DNA from: Wickerhamiella versatilis
Lineage: Eukaryota
NCBI GenBank assembly: GCA_030867685.1
Contig: JAQOWU010000008.1
Span: 3,844,001 to 3,908,000 of the forward strand
Length of the DNA stretch: 64,000 nucleotides
Direction: 5' to 3'
Part shown: piece by piece, positions 19,657 through 30,453 of the stretch
Numbering within the stretch: position 1 is the stretch's first letter
Layout of the letters: every line of letters starts with the position of its first letter
Notes under the pieces: generated by a model
Database searches by the model: none
The model's input: the letters and a program-made list of their open reading frames with translations, nothing else
Told to the model about the DNA's origin: nothing
Translations under genes and position numbers: made by a program

Positions 19657-19709
19657 GCTTGACTATCCCGGTTGATCACACTTACCAAACGCTCCTCTAC
19701 TCCCAACCA

Positions 19710-20903
19710 ATGTCCACGGCGTCCAGGAAGTCGGACACGGAGCTTCCACGACCGTACAAATGTCCTGTATGTGGCAAGGCATTTTACCGGCTGGAGCATC
19801 AAACACGGCACATTCGTACTCATACGGGAGAGAAGCCACATGCCTGCACTTTTCCTGGCTGTACAAAGCGGTTTAGCCGAAGTGATGAACTCACTCGCCA
19901 TTTGCGGATCCACAGCAATCCTAAGAGCCAGAGATATCAGCGCCAGCGTGCTGAGGCGGAGGCTCAGGCTGCGGCCACGGCGGGGACAACCCCTGCTCCG
20001 GCTAAATCGGGCAACGGTCTGCGACAGGACGAGCAGCACGGGGGGTCATCAGGATCGTCAACAGAACGGAATTCCCGTAGGTCCTCGTTTAATATTGGCA
20101 CATCGGGGGTAATTAGCTCCCAGCCCAATACGCCACAACCCCCCCAACAGCCGCCCTACCCGATGCCGGCAGCGGTGCCTTTGCCAGATCATTTGCAGCC
20201 ATTTTCAGCCCCTATGTCGCCCTCTGCGAACACAGGCGGCCAGTGGATGCCAGCGGTGATCCCACCCCAGGGTGCCATGGCCACACCCTCTTGGCCCCAG
20301 CCCCAGGCCCAAGCGCAGGTTCAGGCTCAGGCTCAGGCGCAATCAGGTGCACCTCAAATGCACTCAAGCTTCGACATTCATGCACTTGCCACTGCGGCCA
20401 CCCAGGTGCTGGAGCGGGAACGATCGACATATGGCGAGCCACCGCAGCAGCTTCGTTCGGGGCCTTCCCGCCAGGCCCTAAGTGCCAACGCCTCTTCCAC
20501 CAGCCTTCGGCATTTTGGTCGCCAGCGGTCATCCACTGCACTTTCTAGTGGTGCACATACCCATCATACCCCTTATGACCGCCCGCCACGCATGACACCC
20601 ATGTTTTCATTTGGATCGACCGTCCCACCATCCCCAGCAGTTAGTCGGCCAGGGACCCCGTCACCAGAACAGACACCATTGGTTACCCCACTTCATTCGC
20701 CCAAATTAGGATCCCGTGATGTCCAATTGCCAGCGTTAAGACACAGCGATGATTCGCCTCAGAGCAATTCCCAGCAGCCACTGCCTGCCTTGGAGCCACT
20801 ACCGCAGAATGCTTATCCGATGAATGGTATCCCCTCGCTAGGATCTCAGAGAAGCAACGGCTCAAAATTAGCGTTATCTGATTTAATGAATCCCAGCGTG
20901 TAA
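19710..20903 (+). CDS. MIG1: Carbon catabolite repressor, C2H2 zinc finger (Mig1/CreA)
   Basis: [61 protein letters not shown] and LPALR motifs. First ATG at 19710. Confidence 0.93.
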   Translation: MSTASRKSDTELPRPYKCPVCGKAFYRLEHQTRHIRTHTGEKPHACTFPGCTKRFSRSDELTRHLRIHSNPKSQRYQRQRAEAEAQAAATAGTTPAPAKSGNGLRQDEQHGGSSGSSTERNSRRSSFNIGTSGVISSQPNTPQPPQQPPYPMPAAVPLPDHLQPFSAPMSPSANTGGQWMPAVIPPQGAMATPSWPQPQAQAQVQAQAQAQSGAPQMHSSFDIHALATAATQVLERERSTYGEPPQQLRSGPSRQALSANASSTSLRHFGRQRSSTALSSGAHTHHTPYDRPPRMTPMFSFGSTVPPSPAVSRPGTPSPEQTPLVTPLHSPKLGSRDVQLPALRHSDDSPQSNSQQPLPALEPLPQNAYPMNGIPSLGSQRSNGSKLALSDLMNPSV

Positions 20904-21104
20904 TTTATATGTATTTCTTAAACGAGTCACAGCCATGACCTTACCTTAATAATTTTATTAGTATTCACACCCAACAGGTCAGTAGATTCCCCAGGATCTT
21001 TAGGTAATTTCGCCGAAAAAAACCATCCAAGAGCCGGGGTCCCTTTAACTAGTCCTTTCGCTTCAAAGAAAAAAGTACAGGTTTCATTCGCTCTGCTCCC
21101 TATT

Positions 21105-22700
21105 ATGTCCGGAGATGATGATGTGTTGTTGATGAACATGGGTTATAAGCCCGAACTCGAACGTTCGATGGGTTTTTTTGAAGTTTTCGGTATTTCCCTT
21201 AGTTGCATGATGGTGGTCACAGGAATATTTGCTGTATTTTCTAACGCCCTCTATGCCGGAGGGGTTGGTATGACCTGGGGGTGGTTCATCCCCGGGATCT
21301 TCGTATTCTGCGTGTGTATCGCCTTATCAGAGCTATCATCCTCGATGCCCACGAGCGGCGGGATGTACTGGTGGACTTATAGATTGAGTCCTCATAGATA
21401 CAAGCGTGTTCTGTCATTTTTTGTGGGTTGGGCCAATCTGCTAGGACTGTGCGGTGCGATCTGTAGTATCGACTTTGGCTTTGCCTCAATGTTGGCATCA
21501 TTACCCGCCATTACAGACGGTTATGCGGCTGACAGGTACGTGACGTTTGGTATCTTTGCCGGTGGGCTTCTCACCCAGGTGATCGTGGGGTGTTTGAGCA
21601 TCAAGGTGGTGGATTGGCTACAGTGGTACATGGTACTTGCAAACTTCGTGTCTGTTTTCGTCATTGTTATTGCCCTGCCTGTTGGTGCCATAAATAATGG
21701 ACAGGGTCTTAATTCTGCTAGCTACGTTTTCGGTGACGAGTCACGCCTCACGAACTGGACGTATGGCTGGGCCTATCTAGTTTCCTGGATGCCCGTGATC
21801 TGGACTATCAGTACGCTTGACGCTGGCACGCATCTCTCTGAACGAGCTAAAAATGCGTCCCGAAATATTCCTTGGGCCACTACCCTGGCCACGGGCTTTA
21901 CTTGGCTGATTGGATTTCTAGTAATGTCTATTTTCGCAGCAACTGTGAAGGACCGTGACTTTTCCCGGCTGCAAGATACAAAATACGGAACCCCTATAGT
22001 GCAGCTCCTAGTGGACGCCCTGAACGAACGCTGGGCCCTGGGCATCATGATATGGTTCACCATCACGCAGTGGGTGGTCGGGCTGGATATTGTGGTCGTC
22101 ACCGCTCAATTGATCTTCTCGTTTGCTAGAGATGGTGGACTTCCGGCGTCGCACATCTGGAGAAAGCTATCACCGAACAATATTCCGGTCTACGGAACAT
22201 GCGCAGGGGCTACGATAGGACTGGCACTGGGTCTGCTGACTTTGATTGGAGCCGAGGCAGAAAATGCGGTTTTCACGATCCCTGTATCTTCATGTGGCCT
22301 GGCCTGGCTAATCCCGATCTTTCTTGCCCATTTTGTGACCCCCAAGGATGAGATCAGTCCGGGACCTTTCTATCTAGGCAGAATTTGCTCGAAAATTAAT
22401 GGTGTCATTGCAAGCGTGTACTTGTTGTTTGTTGTGGCCGTTCTTGCCAACATGCCGTTGAGCCGGGACCCGAACTCTGAGGAAATGAACTACACCGTGG
22501 TGATCAATTGTGCTATCTGGATACTTGCCTTAACGTATTATTTCGTCGATGCACGCAAATGGTTCGAGGGGCCTAAGATCACATTGGATGAGATTGAAGG
22601 AGACCGGATAGAAACTGCTGATATTCGGTTGCCCTCAAAAAAAGATGAGGAGGCTGATAAGGCCCAGCCTGAGGACCTGTCCGAGAAAATAGTGGATTGA
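21105..22700 (+). CDS. Amino acid/GABA/polyamine permease (APC superfamily, Uga4-like)
   Basis: MGYKPELER, ELSSSMPTSGGMYWW, FSFARDGGLP, MNYTVVI, ARKWFEGP; about 12 TMs. Confidence 0.88.
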   Translation: MSGDDDVLLMNMGYKPELERSMGFFEVFGISLSCMMVVTGIFAVFSNALYAGGVGMTWGWFIPGIFVFCVCIALSELSSSMPTSGGMYWWTYRLSPHRYKRVLSFFVGWANLLGLCGAICSIDFGFASMLASLPAITDGYAADRYVTFGIFAGGLLTQVIVGCLSIKVVDWLQWYMVLANFVSVFVIVIALPVGAINNGQGLNSASYVFGDESRLTNWTYGWAYLVSWMPVIWTISTLDAGTHLSERAKNASRNIPWATTLATGFTWLIGFLVMSIFAATVKDRDFSRLQDTKYGTPIVQLLVDALNERWALGIMIWFTITQWVVGLDIVVVTAQLIFSFARDGGLPASHIWRKLSPNNIPVYGTCAGATIGLALGLLTLIGAEAENAVFTIPVSSCGLAWLIPIFLAHFVTPKDEISPGPFYLGRICSKINGVIASVYLLFVVAVLANMPLSRDPNSEEMNYTVVINCAIWILALTYYFVDARKWFEGPKITLDEIEGDRIETADIRLPSKKDEEADKAQPEDLSEKIVD

Positions 22701-22859
22701 TTTTTTTAATGAGTACTGTAACATAATATGGATAATATAATTCTAAATTCAGGTTATTGCTTAGAAGCAGGGCTACAGAATGGCGACGATGGTTCAGGTA
22801 TCGAGAAATATATAGTTGGAAATACATCGATCGTGATTTGTCACATTTTCAAAAGAAGC

Positions 22860-23813
22860 ATGAAAATTGGAACGCATAGCGGCACTTTTCATGCCGACGA
22901 AGCACTAGCTGTTTATATGCTTCGGTTGCTGCCAAAATTTAAGGAATCATCCGTTGTCAGATCACGAGACCCCAAGGTTTTAGAGGAGTGCGACATTGTG
23001 GTTGACGTTGGTGGAAAGTACGAGCCACCGAAGTGGTACGACCACCACCAGCGTGAATTCACCACAACCTTTGATGCTGAGCACACCATAACCAAGCTAA
23101 GCTCTGCTGGCCTTATATACAAGCATTATGGCCGCGAGGTCATAGCGCGAATTCTGGATACCGCTGAAAAAGCCGCCGTGATTGATGCCATCTTCAGCAG
23201 GGTATACTCCTCTTTTATCGAGCCTGTGGATGCTATGGACAATGGTGTGACGCCCTATGACACTGCTAGATATAATATAGGCAGCATGTCCCTTCAATCC
23301 CTGGTGTCGAATCTCAATCCGTTGTGGGTTGAGGACGGAGAGCCAGACATTTTGGAAAGACAGGACAGACAGTTTCAAAAAGCATCGGATCTAATGGGAA
23401 GCGCCTTTGAGGCCGAGGTACGGAAGCAGGGACTGTCGTGGTATCCTGCAAAGGAAGGCGTTGAGGCAGCACTGGCTGAGCGTAAATCGTATGACCCTGA
23501 GGGAAGAATTCTGGTGTTTGACCGGTACCTTCCCTGGAAAGGCCATTTGTATGAGCTCTCGGGCACCGAAGACATCCTCTACGTACTCTATCCCAGCGGA
23601 GATTCCTTCCGCGTGCAGGCAGTAGCCGTTGCTCCGGACTCGTTTGAATCCCGTAAGCCTCTACCCGCCGAATGGAGAGGGTTGAGGGACGCTAACCTAT
23701 CGGAAAAGACTGGCGTTGATGGCGGGGTGTTTGTCCACGCTTCAGGCTTTATAGGAGGAAACAAAACTAGAGAGGGAGCCCTGCAACTAGCTAAGCTTGC
23801 TCTCGATGCTTAA
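22860..23813 (+). CDS. MYG1: Myg1 3'-5' exonuclease (UPF0160)
   Basis: IGTHSGTFHADEALA, VVDVGG, DHHQ, KLSSAGL, LPAEWRGLRD, FVHASGFIGG. The conserved region begins at ATG 22860. Confidence 0.93.
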   Translation: MKIGTHSGTFHADEALAVYMLRLLPKFKESSVVRSRDPKVLEECDIVVDVGGKYEPPKWYDHHQREFTTTFDAEHTITKLSSAGLIYKHYGREVIARILDTAEKAAVIDAIFSRVYSSFIEPVDAMDNGVTPYDTARYNIGSMSLQSLVSNLNPLWVEDGEPDILERQDRQFQKASDLMGSAFEAEVRKQGLSWYPAKEGVEAALAERKSYDPEGRILVFDRYLPWKGHLYELSGTEDILYVLYPSGDSFRVQAVAVAPDSFESRKPLPAEWRGLRDANLSEKTGVDGGVFVHASGFIGGNKTREGALQLAKLALDA

Positions 23814-24233
23814 TTATTCGGAAAATATGCCTATGTATGTACGTATGGTCGTTGGCACAATTGCAAATTTCATCTTGATAGCACAAGCTTAGTACTGCTG
23901 GGTTGATGCGAGATTGGACGCAGTAGTAGATCTTTCTCTGATAATCGTTGAGCCAGGTTGGTCTGGAATTAGTATCTAAACAATACATGGCCGATGTAAG
24001 GTTCCCTGCATGATCACCTGGTGCAGAAGGAACCCAATGCCGTTGGTTTGGATTGTAATTCCGCGTATCTACTATTTTTAGAACAACTGGTGGGTTTCAT
24101 GCAGCAATTTTAAACTTTGATTACAAACCCGCATAGAAACACCGCCCCCTGGGGGGCTGGGACATGGCTAGGAATTTCAAAAATGTTTATAATATAGACT
24201 TAAGCAACAACAACACCAGATAGTGAAACAATC

Positions 24234-25118
24234 ATGGGTCTGGCAAGGTCGTGTGGAATTCTCTGTTTTCCCCAACTATTCACGGGTGCCGCAGTGGTGT
24301 TAAGTCTTGTGGTATTTCTGAGTGGATACAAGGGGGCTAGCGGATTAAAGAATGTGCATTTTATGACCCTTGACTTTTCAGGGCTCCAGATTGATGGTGT
24401 TGAGCTTGCATCGCTAGAACAGGCGGCAAATATTTCCCAGGTGTACACCGTGGGTTGCAACGGGTATTGTTATGGTACCAAGAAGAACTCAACGAGCTCA
24501 AGCGACAACAAGCTCATCCAGAACATTGAAAACAGTACTAATTACGACATTCAGGGATGCAACACGCCAAATGTTCCGTATTGGTTCAATTTCGAGCAGC
24601 TCATTGAAAAAACCGCGCTCTCGAAAATCTCAAGCAAGTTCACCATCCCTTCGAGCATCAATAAGTACAACAATATCGCGAAAAACGTTAGTCTTGCCAT
24701 GTGGATTTGTTGGATTATAGGCATTATTTTCGGTGCTATCCAGTTCCTGCTTGGGTTCAGTGCCATGTTTTCCCGGATCGGGGGTTGTTGCACGACGCTT
24801 GTGGGTGCCATTACAGGAATCGCTATGGGTCTTGCTGCCGCACTTGGCACAGGGCTGTACACGATATACGCGAATAAGTTCAACAGTGTGGCCAGCGAGT
24901 TCAAGGTGCAAGCCTCAGTCAATGCCAGTGGGCTCGGACTTGCATGGGCCGCAGTAGCATGTACACTGCTAAGTGACATTTCTTGGACTCTTATTTCATG
25001 CTGCTGTGCACGCCCGAGGTCGAGTTATAAGGCAGTGTCTACAGACAAAGAGCCAATGATGACCTACCAGCCCTACGAACCACAGCCTTACGAACCACAC
25101 CCTGCAGCAAAGTGGTAA
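24234..25118 (+). CDS. SUR7/PalI-family tetraspan membrane protein
   Basis: N-terminal TM, Y.VG..GYC.G claudin-like motif, three C-terminal TMs, Cys cluster. Confidence 0.8.
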   Translation: MGLARSCGILCFPQLFTGAAVVLSLVVFLSGYKGASGLKNVHFMTLDFSGLQIDGVELASLEQAANISQVYTVGCNGYCYGTKKNSTSSSDNKLIQNIENSTNYDIQGCNTPNVPYWFNFEQLIEKTALSKISSKFTIPSSINKYNNIAKNVSLAMWICWIIGIIFGAIQFLLGFSAMFSRIGGCCTTLVGAITGIAMGLAAALGTGLYTIYANKFNSVASEFKVQASVNASGLGLAWAAVACTLLSDISWTLISCCCARPRSSYKAVSTDKEPMMTYQPYEPQPYEPHPAAKW

Positions 25119-25192
25119 GTAGGGAAGTGATTATCATCTCAATTTTTAGCATCTACAGATATTTAGCATTTAAATATATATATAACTCCTCA

Positions 25193-26206
25193 TCAAAAGT
25201 CTATCGCCTTAGCCAGCGATCTATCAAAAGGTTCGGTTGGTAGAGAGATCACACCATTCTTTTCAAGAAGTGAGAATTGCACGCCTCTCAATCCCTTGTA
25301 AAGCATGCTCAAGATGGGGGCGTCGACATGATGTTTCGCTGCTATCCTCAATGGATTACCCAGTATTACTTCAAGCTCCATGACTCGTCCTTTTTTCACG
25401 TCGACCAGCATCGAGGGTTCGTAATATTTCCCTCTGGCCACATCAAGCCAGTACTTTTCCACATCAGGGTCAATTTCCAAGCCAAGCTCCGCCTCGGCTA
25501 TTTTTCGGAGTTCACGCATTCCTGGAGCAACAATAGAATCCTTCAGGCCGGAAAAGAAGATCCTACCGGAGTCATTGCCAGTAAGGGCTGCAGTTGTATT
25601 GAAGGTAGCGTTATAGAAAAGCTTCCACCATCTACGATAGCCAAGGTCACTCGAGAACTCTGCTTTCGACTGTGAAGAATTGTAGACCTCTACAAATCTC
25701 TTTGCTGAATTAACGGCTTCAATACGGGGATCCATTGTCCCCACCACCATTTTATCAGATATCTTATGCGTGATATGCCCTCCATGATTTGTCGCTCCAA
25801 CGCTGGTGACCACGCCTATGACGTAGCTTTCTGGGAATGCATCCATTATCGGTTGTTCATTACCTATACCGTTCTGGATTATAACAACAGCAGCACCTGG
25901 TGTTACAACAGGGCGAATGAGATCTTCAGTTTTGTACACCTCAGGCACACATTTTGTACAGACAATGATATAATCATAAGGCTTGTGCAACGATGCATCT
26001 TCTATGGTACGCATGACATTATGTGGGCGCCAGTGTTCAATTTTACCGTAATTTATGGAGTCGAAATTGAACCCTTGTTGCGACAAAATATCATAAGAAC
26101 TTCTGGCAACAACCGTGACCTCACATTGCTGGGAGCGATCGAGAGCCAGAGCAACAACAGCACCAACACCACCAGGACCGATGAGCAAAACCTTAAGACG
26201 CGTCAT
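25193..26206 (-). CDS. 2-dehydropantoate 2-reductase family (PanE/ApbA)
   Basis: GPGGVG Rossmann motif, DYIIVCTK, IQNGIG.E, W.KL.YNA.FN, PSMLVD..KGR.MELEVILGNP. First ATG at 26206. Confidence 0.88.
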   Translation of the reverse strand: MTRLKVLLIGPGGVGAVVALALDRSQQCEVTVVARSSYDILSQQGFNFDSINYGKIEHWRPHNVMRTIEDASLHKPYDYIIVCTKCVPEVYKTEDLIRPVVTPGAAVVIIQNGIGNEQPIMDAFPESYVIGVVTSVGATNHGGHITHKISDKMVVGTMDPRIEAVNSAKRFVEVYNSSQSKAEFSSDLGYRRWWKLFYNATFNTTAALTGNDSGRIFFSGLKDSIVAPGMRELRKIAEAELGLEIDPDVEKYWLDVARGKYYEPSMLVDVKKGRVMELEVILGNPLRIAAKHHVDAPILSMLYKGLRGVQFSLLEKNGVISLPTEPFDRSLAKAIDF

Positions 26207-26326
26207 TGTCACCACCAACCAAGTCAGGCTAGATGAGATAATTAGTCCTTCAGCACCAGCTTACGTATTTGGAGCGCGGGGAGAGGTCAACAGGTTAACG
26301 TGCCAGACGTTCGTCAATATAGGTGT

Positions 26327-27310
26327 ATGCCCGCTCTCAGCCAGCTCCTACACCGTCGTGAACGTACGAGCAGGCTTTGTACTGGCTGTTGTACTGTGGA
26401 TATAGATCTTGCCCGTGCTCATGGTGAGGCAGGCCTGGGTTTGCCATCCCATAGCGCGACAGAAATAGCAGGCCCACCTGGAACGGGTAAAACAAGTCTA
26501 CTCCTATCTCTTACCGTGGATGCATTAAGAAGTGGTCTAAATGTATGGTGGCTGAGCTGTGCTTGGCACCCTTTTCCATTGGAGAGACTACGTTCTCATA
26601 AAAACTACGATTCATCATATGACGCCATGATACAAATACAAAATTTAGATACCATGGAACAGCTGCTTGTTGTAGAGCCTCCTCCTGGTGTGGAATTTGT
26701 TGCGGTTGAGCATTGCGACGCGTTTATCCCGGTACTGCAGCAACCTTTTGCAAGTAGTCGCGCGAAGCGAAATATCGGGATTCAAGCAATTGTCAAAAAA
26801 TTAAATGACTGGTCTAGCATAAGATGTGTAGTGGCCACTACAACCTCCGTCCCTCGGCTTGAGCACCCTGATGATATCTACCGTAAGATGCTTTCAGTTT
26901 TTGATGGAACCCATTTAAGGCACCTCCTATTATACCATGATGAATTAGGGTGTGCAACATCATTAGGTGGGCATTTTCGAGTCGCAGAAGATGGCATCTA
27001 TACAGCAGCGCAACAAAATGAAACTAAGGCTATGGCTCCTACGGCCCCTGTGGTCCCTATGGTCCCTATGGTTCATAGCCCCATAGATACATCATCTTTA
27101 GCAACTAAGTCGTCAATGGCTTCGCCATCCGTTGCATCTTTCCCCTCATCACCATCTAGGAAAAAAGCAAGGACCTCATCCTTGCCCTCCAGTCCACCTG
27201 CCACACTATCATCAAATGTTAATACGAACGAAACCGACTCGAACTCATTGGAAATGGATATTATTCCAAATAGCCAGCTGGAATATCATGATGTTCCGCT
27301 GGATCAATAG
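26327..27310 (+). CDS. Rad51/RecA-family paralog, Rad55-like
   Basis: GLP....TEIAGPPGTGKTS Walker A; degenerate Walker B (FVAVEH); Ser-rich tail with SQ. First ATG at 26327. Confidence 0.7.
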   Translation: MPALSQLLHRRERTSRLCTGCCTVDIDLARAHGEAGLGLPSHSATEIAGPPGTGKTSLLLSLTVDALRSGLNVWWLSCAWHPFPLERLRSHKNYDSSYDAMIQIQNLDTMEQLLVVEPPPGVEFVAVEHCDAFIPVLQQPFASSRAKRNIGIQAIVKKLNDWSSIRCVVATTTSVPRLEHPDDIYRKMLSVFDGTHLRHLLLYHDELGCATSLGGHFRVAEDGIYTAAQQNETKAMAPTAPVVPMVPMVHSPIDTSSLATKSSMASPSVASFPSSPSRKKARTSSLPSSPPATLSSNVNTNETDSNSLEMDIIPNSQLEYHDVPLDQ

Positions 27311-27448
27311 TTATATTGGTGGTTGGTCCCACATTTCCCAATGAAGTGTGTTAGTCATCACTATGCAGCTGGACTGCATAGTGGTAATGCCAGCCACTCT
27401 TTGAATATATAACACAGCCTCATGACGGGTTCAGCCACAATATAGCTG

Positions 27449-28324
27449 ATGGTCTCGCGCATACTTGTGTTGATAGCTGGTGTTGTTTCAGCGGAATTTA
27501 ACCAGAGCCCCCCTAACGTCTTTCTTGGTAAGAGGGCTCCAGGGTACGCTAATTCTTCTACTAGCACAGAGGTCGTTACAGCCTATACTACGTACTGCCC
27601 AAGTGCAACCAGTTTTGTTGAGGGTAACCTCACCTATACTGCGACGGGTCCAACCACGATAACTGTTACGGATTGTCCATGCACGCGTACCCATACTTTC
27701 GTGACATTAAAGACTACTGTATGCCCGAGTTCATCTGCACTTCCAACTTCTGTGGGGTCCGTGCCAGCTGAGACCCCTACCTCATCACCAACTAAGTCGC
27801 TACCTATTGAGGCTGTAACCTCCTCGCAGGCTTCTGCACCAGCCGAATCTGAGACCCCCTCGTCGGCTGCTTCTGTTCCTGCTGCTGTATCTGAGAGTCC
27901 CTCTCCGGCTGCTTCTTCTGTTCCTGCTGCTGGGTCTGAGACTCCCGCTCCGGCTGCTTCTGTGCCTGCTCAATCTGAGACTCCAGCTCCGGCTGCCTCT
28001 GTGCCAGCTCAAGCTGAGACTCCTGCACCAGCTGCTTCTGTGCCTGCTGAGTCTGAGAGTCCCGCGCCAGCTGCTTCTGTACCAGCGGAGACAGAAAGCC
28101 CATCCTCGATTGCTACTCCTGCGCCCGCTGCTTCTTCGACTGCGAAGACACCAGCAGCTCATGCAAGTGGATCATCATCTCCATCCTCATCTGAAAGCTC
28201 ATCGGGAGGTCTACCAGCGCAAGCCGCTGAATCCAGCAGTGGACCCGCGCAAGCCAACATCGGTGCATCTCAGGGCTTCTCTCTTGCTGCCCTTATTGGT
28301 GCTGCCGCTGCAGTTCTATTGTAA
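27449..28324 (+). CDS. GPI-anchored Ser/Ala/Pro-rich cell wall protein (Sed1/Ccw12-type Cys motif)
   Basis: Signal peptide, KR site, [12 protein letters not shown]...TVTDCPCT motif, tandem repeats, hydrophobic GPI signal. Confidence 0.88.
   Translation: MVSRILVLIAGVVSAEFNQSPPNVFLGKRAPGYANSSTSTEVVTAYTTYCPSATSFVEGNLTYTATGPTTITVTDCPCTRTHTFVTLKTTVCPSSSALPTSVGSVPAETPTSSPTKSLPIEAVTSSQASAPAESETPSSAASVPAAVSESPSPAASSVPAAGSETPAPAASVPAQSETPAPAASVPAQAETPAPAASVPAESESPAPAASVPAETESPSSIATPAPAASSTAKTPAAHASGSSSPSSSESSSGGLPAQAAESSSGPAQANIGASQGFSLAALIGAAAAVLL
27845..28135 (+). repeat. Intragenic minisatellite of about 39-45 nt units encoding [11 protein letters not shown]-like repeats
   Basis: Repeated (t/g)ctgagactcc..c.cc.gctgcttctgt.cc.gc units. 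Confidence 0.85.
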
Positions 28325-28393
28325 AATATTTAAAAGCGTAATAATAAAACATAATTGGGCTGATGCTTGTATGTATTTATATAGAAAAATGAT

Positions 28394-29776
28394 CTATTCT
28401 GCTTCATAAAATACGAGGTAAGCGCTCTGCGACGCATGGATAGATTTGCGGGGTTCAACATGCTCATCATCAATGTGGAACCACTCACGCCCAACTAGCA
28501 CGTCTGCGGTATAATGCCCCATTGTCGCAGATGGACCATGATGGTATACGATTGCAAAAGGTTTATATCGTACCTCGCGGCCATCGCAACGTATATTCAG
28601 GGAATCTACTACCACAGGCTTCACTATTTTTCCAAAATCATATACACCCTGGTGGGAAATAAAGGTGAAGCGTTTAAGATGGACAATTATGACAGCGGGT
28701 AAACGTTCAAATTCAAGGTGCTTAGACGCGGTCTGGCCATCGAGCTGTAACTGCTCTGGTGCGCATGCGTGATCAAGAGCTTCCTGAACTGTATTCACTT
28801 CAGGACTGGAGATATCCACAGGTATTTGTTGGAATGGATCAAGCGTGATACTTGGTTGCTTGTTTTGACGCTTAAGCACGCTGCGAAACCGGCCACCAAA
28901 CAATTCTAGTACGGGATTTTCGTAGTCTTCTCTCCCTGCAGCTCTTACCGTGAGTGGACGTCCTTTTGCTCCAACTTCTACCCAGCCCGACTCGTTATCA
29001 GCATATGCGGTCTCACCAAGTTGCTGGTCTTCCTCTGAAGGAAGTGCTGAATCAAAGTCTTTTTCCAATGCATCAAGTAAATATCCTAAGAATTCCTGCG
29101 CATCTTCTTGGCGTCCACGCTGCAGATGCTTAAAATTAGGATGGTTGCAGATCACACCATAAAATTTCTCAGCACTCAATATACCACGACGTGTACCAAC
29201 AGCAGGCATAGCATATTGACTGCCAAATTCGACAAGTCCATCTAGTACCTGTGTATTAGTTTTTATTGAAGGAGCACTATAAGTCCGAATTTCAGCGAGC
29301 AGGGCAAGAAATCTTCGGCAGTGTACTAATACCTGCAGTACTGAATTAAAAAAGCACATATTGCTTTGATTAAGTAGGCCCCTGGGGGATATTTCCTTGG
29401 TAGACGTATAATCGTGTGTGGAAATTATGCGATACAACGATTTTCGTTCGACGCTTTTTGTCGACCATGCCGGTGCAACAGGACGTGGCGTATCATCTAC
29501 ATCCTGCTGAATATTAATTTCTTTCTCGGGGGGTTTAGATGGTGAAGGCTCATGTGATACAGCTGTAGGTGCTGGTATCGGTTGTTCTGGCAAAGGCCAT
29601 AAGCATAACCCTTTCTCAGGTATATGGAGTGGCAGAACGGGCCGCACGGCATGAGAAGGTACTGTCAAAAGCGCTGAATTCCTATGTCTAAATAGCGGTG
29701 CTTGTCTCTGCTGCATACCTGATGAGTCGCACGAAAACCATGGTACGGTAGGAGCGTCTACATCTGCATAGGCCAT
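28394..29776 (-). CDS. UBP3: Ubiquitin-specific protease, Ubp3/USP10-like
   Basis: PRGLLNQSNMCFFNSVLQ, GRQEDAQEFL, W.EVG.KG, YHHG..ATMGHYT, WFHIDD. Confidence 0.85.
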   Translation of the reverse strand: MAYADVDAPTVPWFSCDSSGMQQRQAPLFRHRNSALLTVPSHAVRPVLPLHIPEKGLCLWPLPEQPIPAPTAVSHEPSPSKPPEKEINIQQDVDDTPRPVAPAWSTKSVERKSLYRIISTHDYTSTKEISPRGLLNQSNMCFFNSVLQVLVHCRRFLALLAEIRTYSAPSIKTNTQVLDGLVEFGSQYAMPAVGTRRGILSAEKFYGVICNHPNFKHLQRGRQEDAQEFLGYLLDALEKDFDSALPSEEDQQLGETAYADNESGWVEVGAKGRPLTVRAAGREDYENPVLELFGGRFRSVLKRQNKQPSITLDPFQQIPVDISSPEVNTVQEALDHACAPEQLQLDGQTASKHLEFERLPAVIIVHLKRFTFISHQGVYDFGKIVKPVVVDSLNIRCDGREVRYKPFAIVYHHGPSATMGHYTADVLVGREWFHIDDEHVEPRKSIHASQSAYLVFYEAE

Positions 29777-29943
29777 GTCGCTGACATATGTAGAAGATTA
29801 GGGCCTATATGCAACGAGCCTTCATGTCCGAATATTTCCACAAAAGAGCTAAATAAATTACTATCTTCGTTATTATTCCGCTATATAAATACCATTTATG
29901 AACTTTTTCTTCTGCTGTGGCAGTCATAGTTGACATCACCATG

Positions 29944-30378
29944 CTATGTTGGTCCGTTAAGAACTAGCAAGGCAAGATTGGCAGATGACATTTCCGTGCA
30001 GGGAATATCTGGTAGGAATTGATACTGATTGGAAAGCATATAAGCTGCGATAAGGTGACTACAAGCTCTACGCCATTTTCCGATCCCATTCTGCTCTATC
30101 AAAGTCAGGTAGTCAGTACATGGGCATGACCACAATTGCAGGCTGGGCACATAATTCCCAATGCTCCACACAACTCTTTTATCATCACAATATTGATGAC
30201 ACCTGTTACCATCTATTGCCTTTAGGGCAATACTAAATCTCCCCGGGAATATATAAGAGAGCGCCACTAATCTACGTAGTTGATACTCGCTCAGCCGCCT
30301 TACAGCCCCGTAAGATATAACCTGGTCACCCTTATTGTCGTGTAATGCTTGAAATAGTTCCTCAATTGCATTTTCCAT
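29944..30378 (-). CDS. SWIM zinc-finger protein, Sws1/Shu2-like
   Basis: L..L..IFP....AL..ID N-terminal pattern and W.CPC...CSHL.A SWIM motif (CxC-xn-CxH). Confidence 0.7.
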   Translation of the reverse strand: MENAIEELFQALHDNKGDQVISYGAVRRLSEYQLRRLVALSYIFPGRFSIALKAIDGNRCHQYCDDKRVVWSIGNYVPSLQLWSCPCTDYLTLIEQNGIGKWRRACSHLIAAYMLSNQYQFLPDIPCTEMSSANLALLVLNGPT

Positions 30379-30453
30379 TAATGCGGGAAGGTTAAGCTGA
30401 CTCAGGTAAACTTCCTCTTTTTCTTATTTAGAGAATACTTAGGCTAAATAAAA

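Noticed and set aside
22728-22859. 44-codon in-frame extension upstream of MYG1
   Set aside because: Starts 27 nt after the permease stop, is not presequence-like, and conservation begins at ATG 22860. Probably incidental, though not excluded.
25193-26206. Ketopantoate reductase as a possible bacterial horizontal transfer
   Set aside because: Length and C-terminal motifs (MELEVILGNP) look like the fungal subfamily, and there is no operon-like context. A phylogeny would be needed to claim HGT.
27800-28162. Gln-rich and Arg/Ser-rich antisense ORFs
   Set aside because: Mirror translations of the wall-protein minisatellite.
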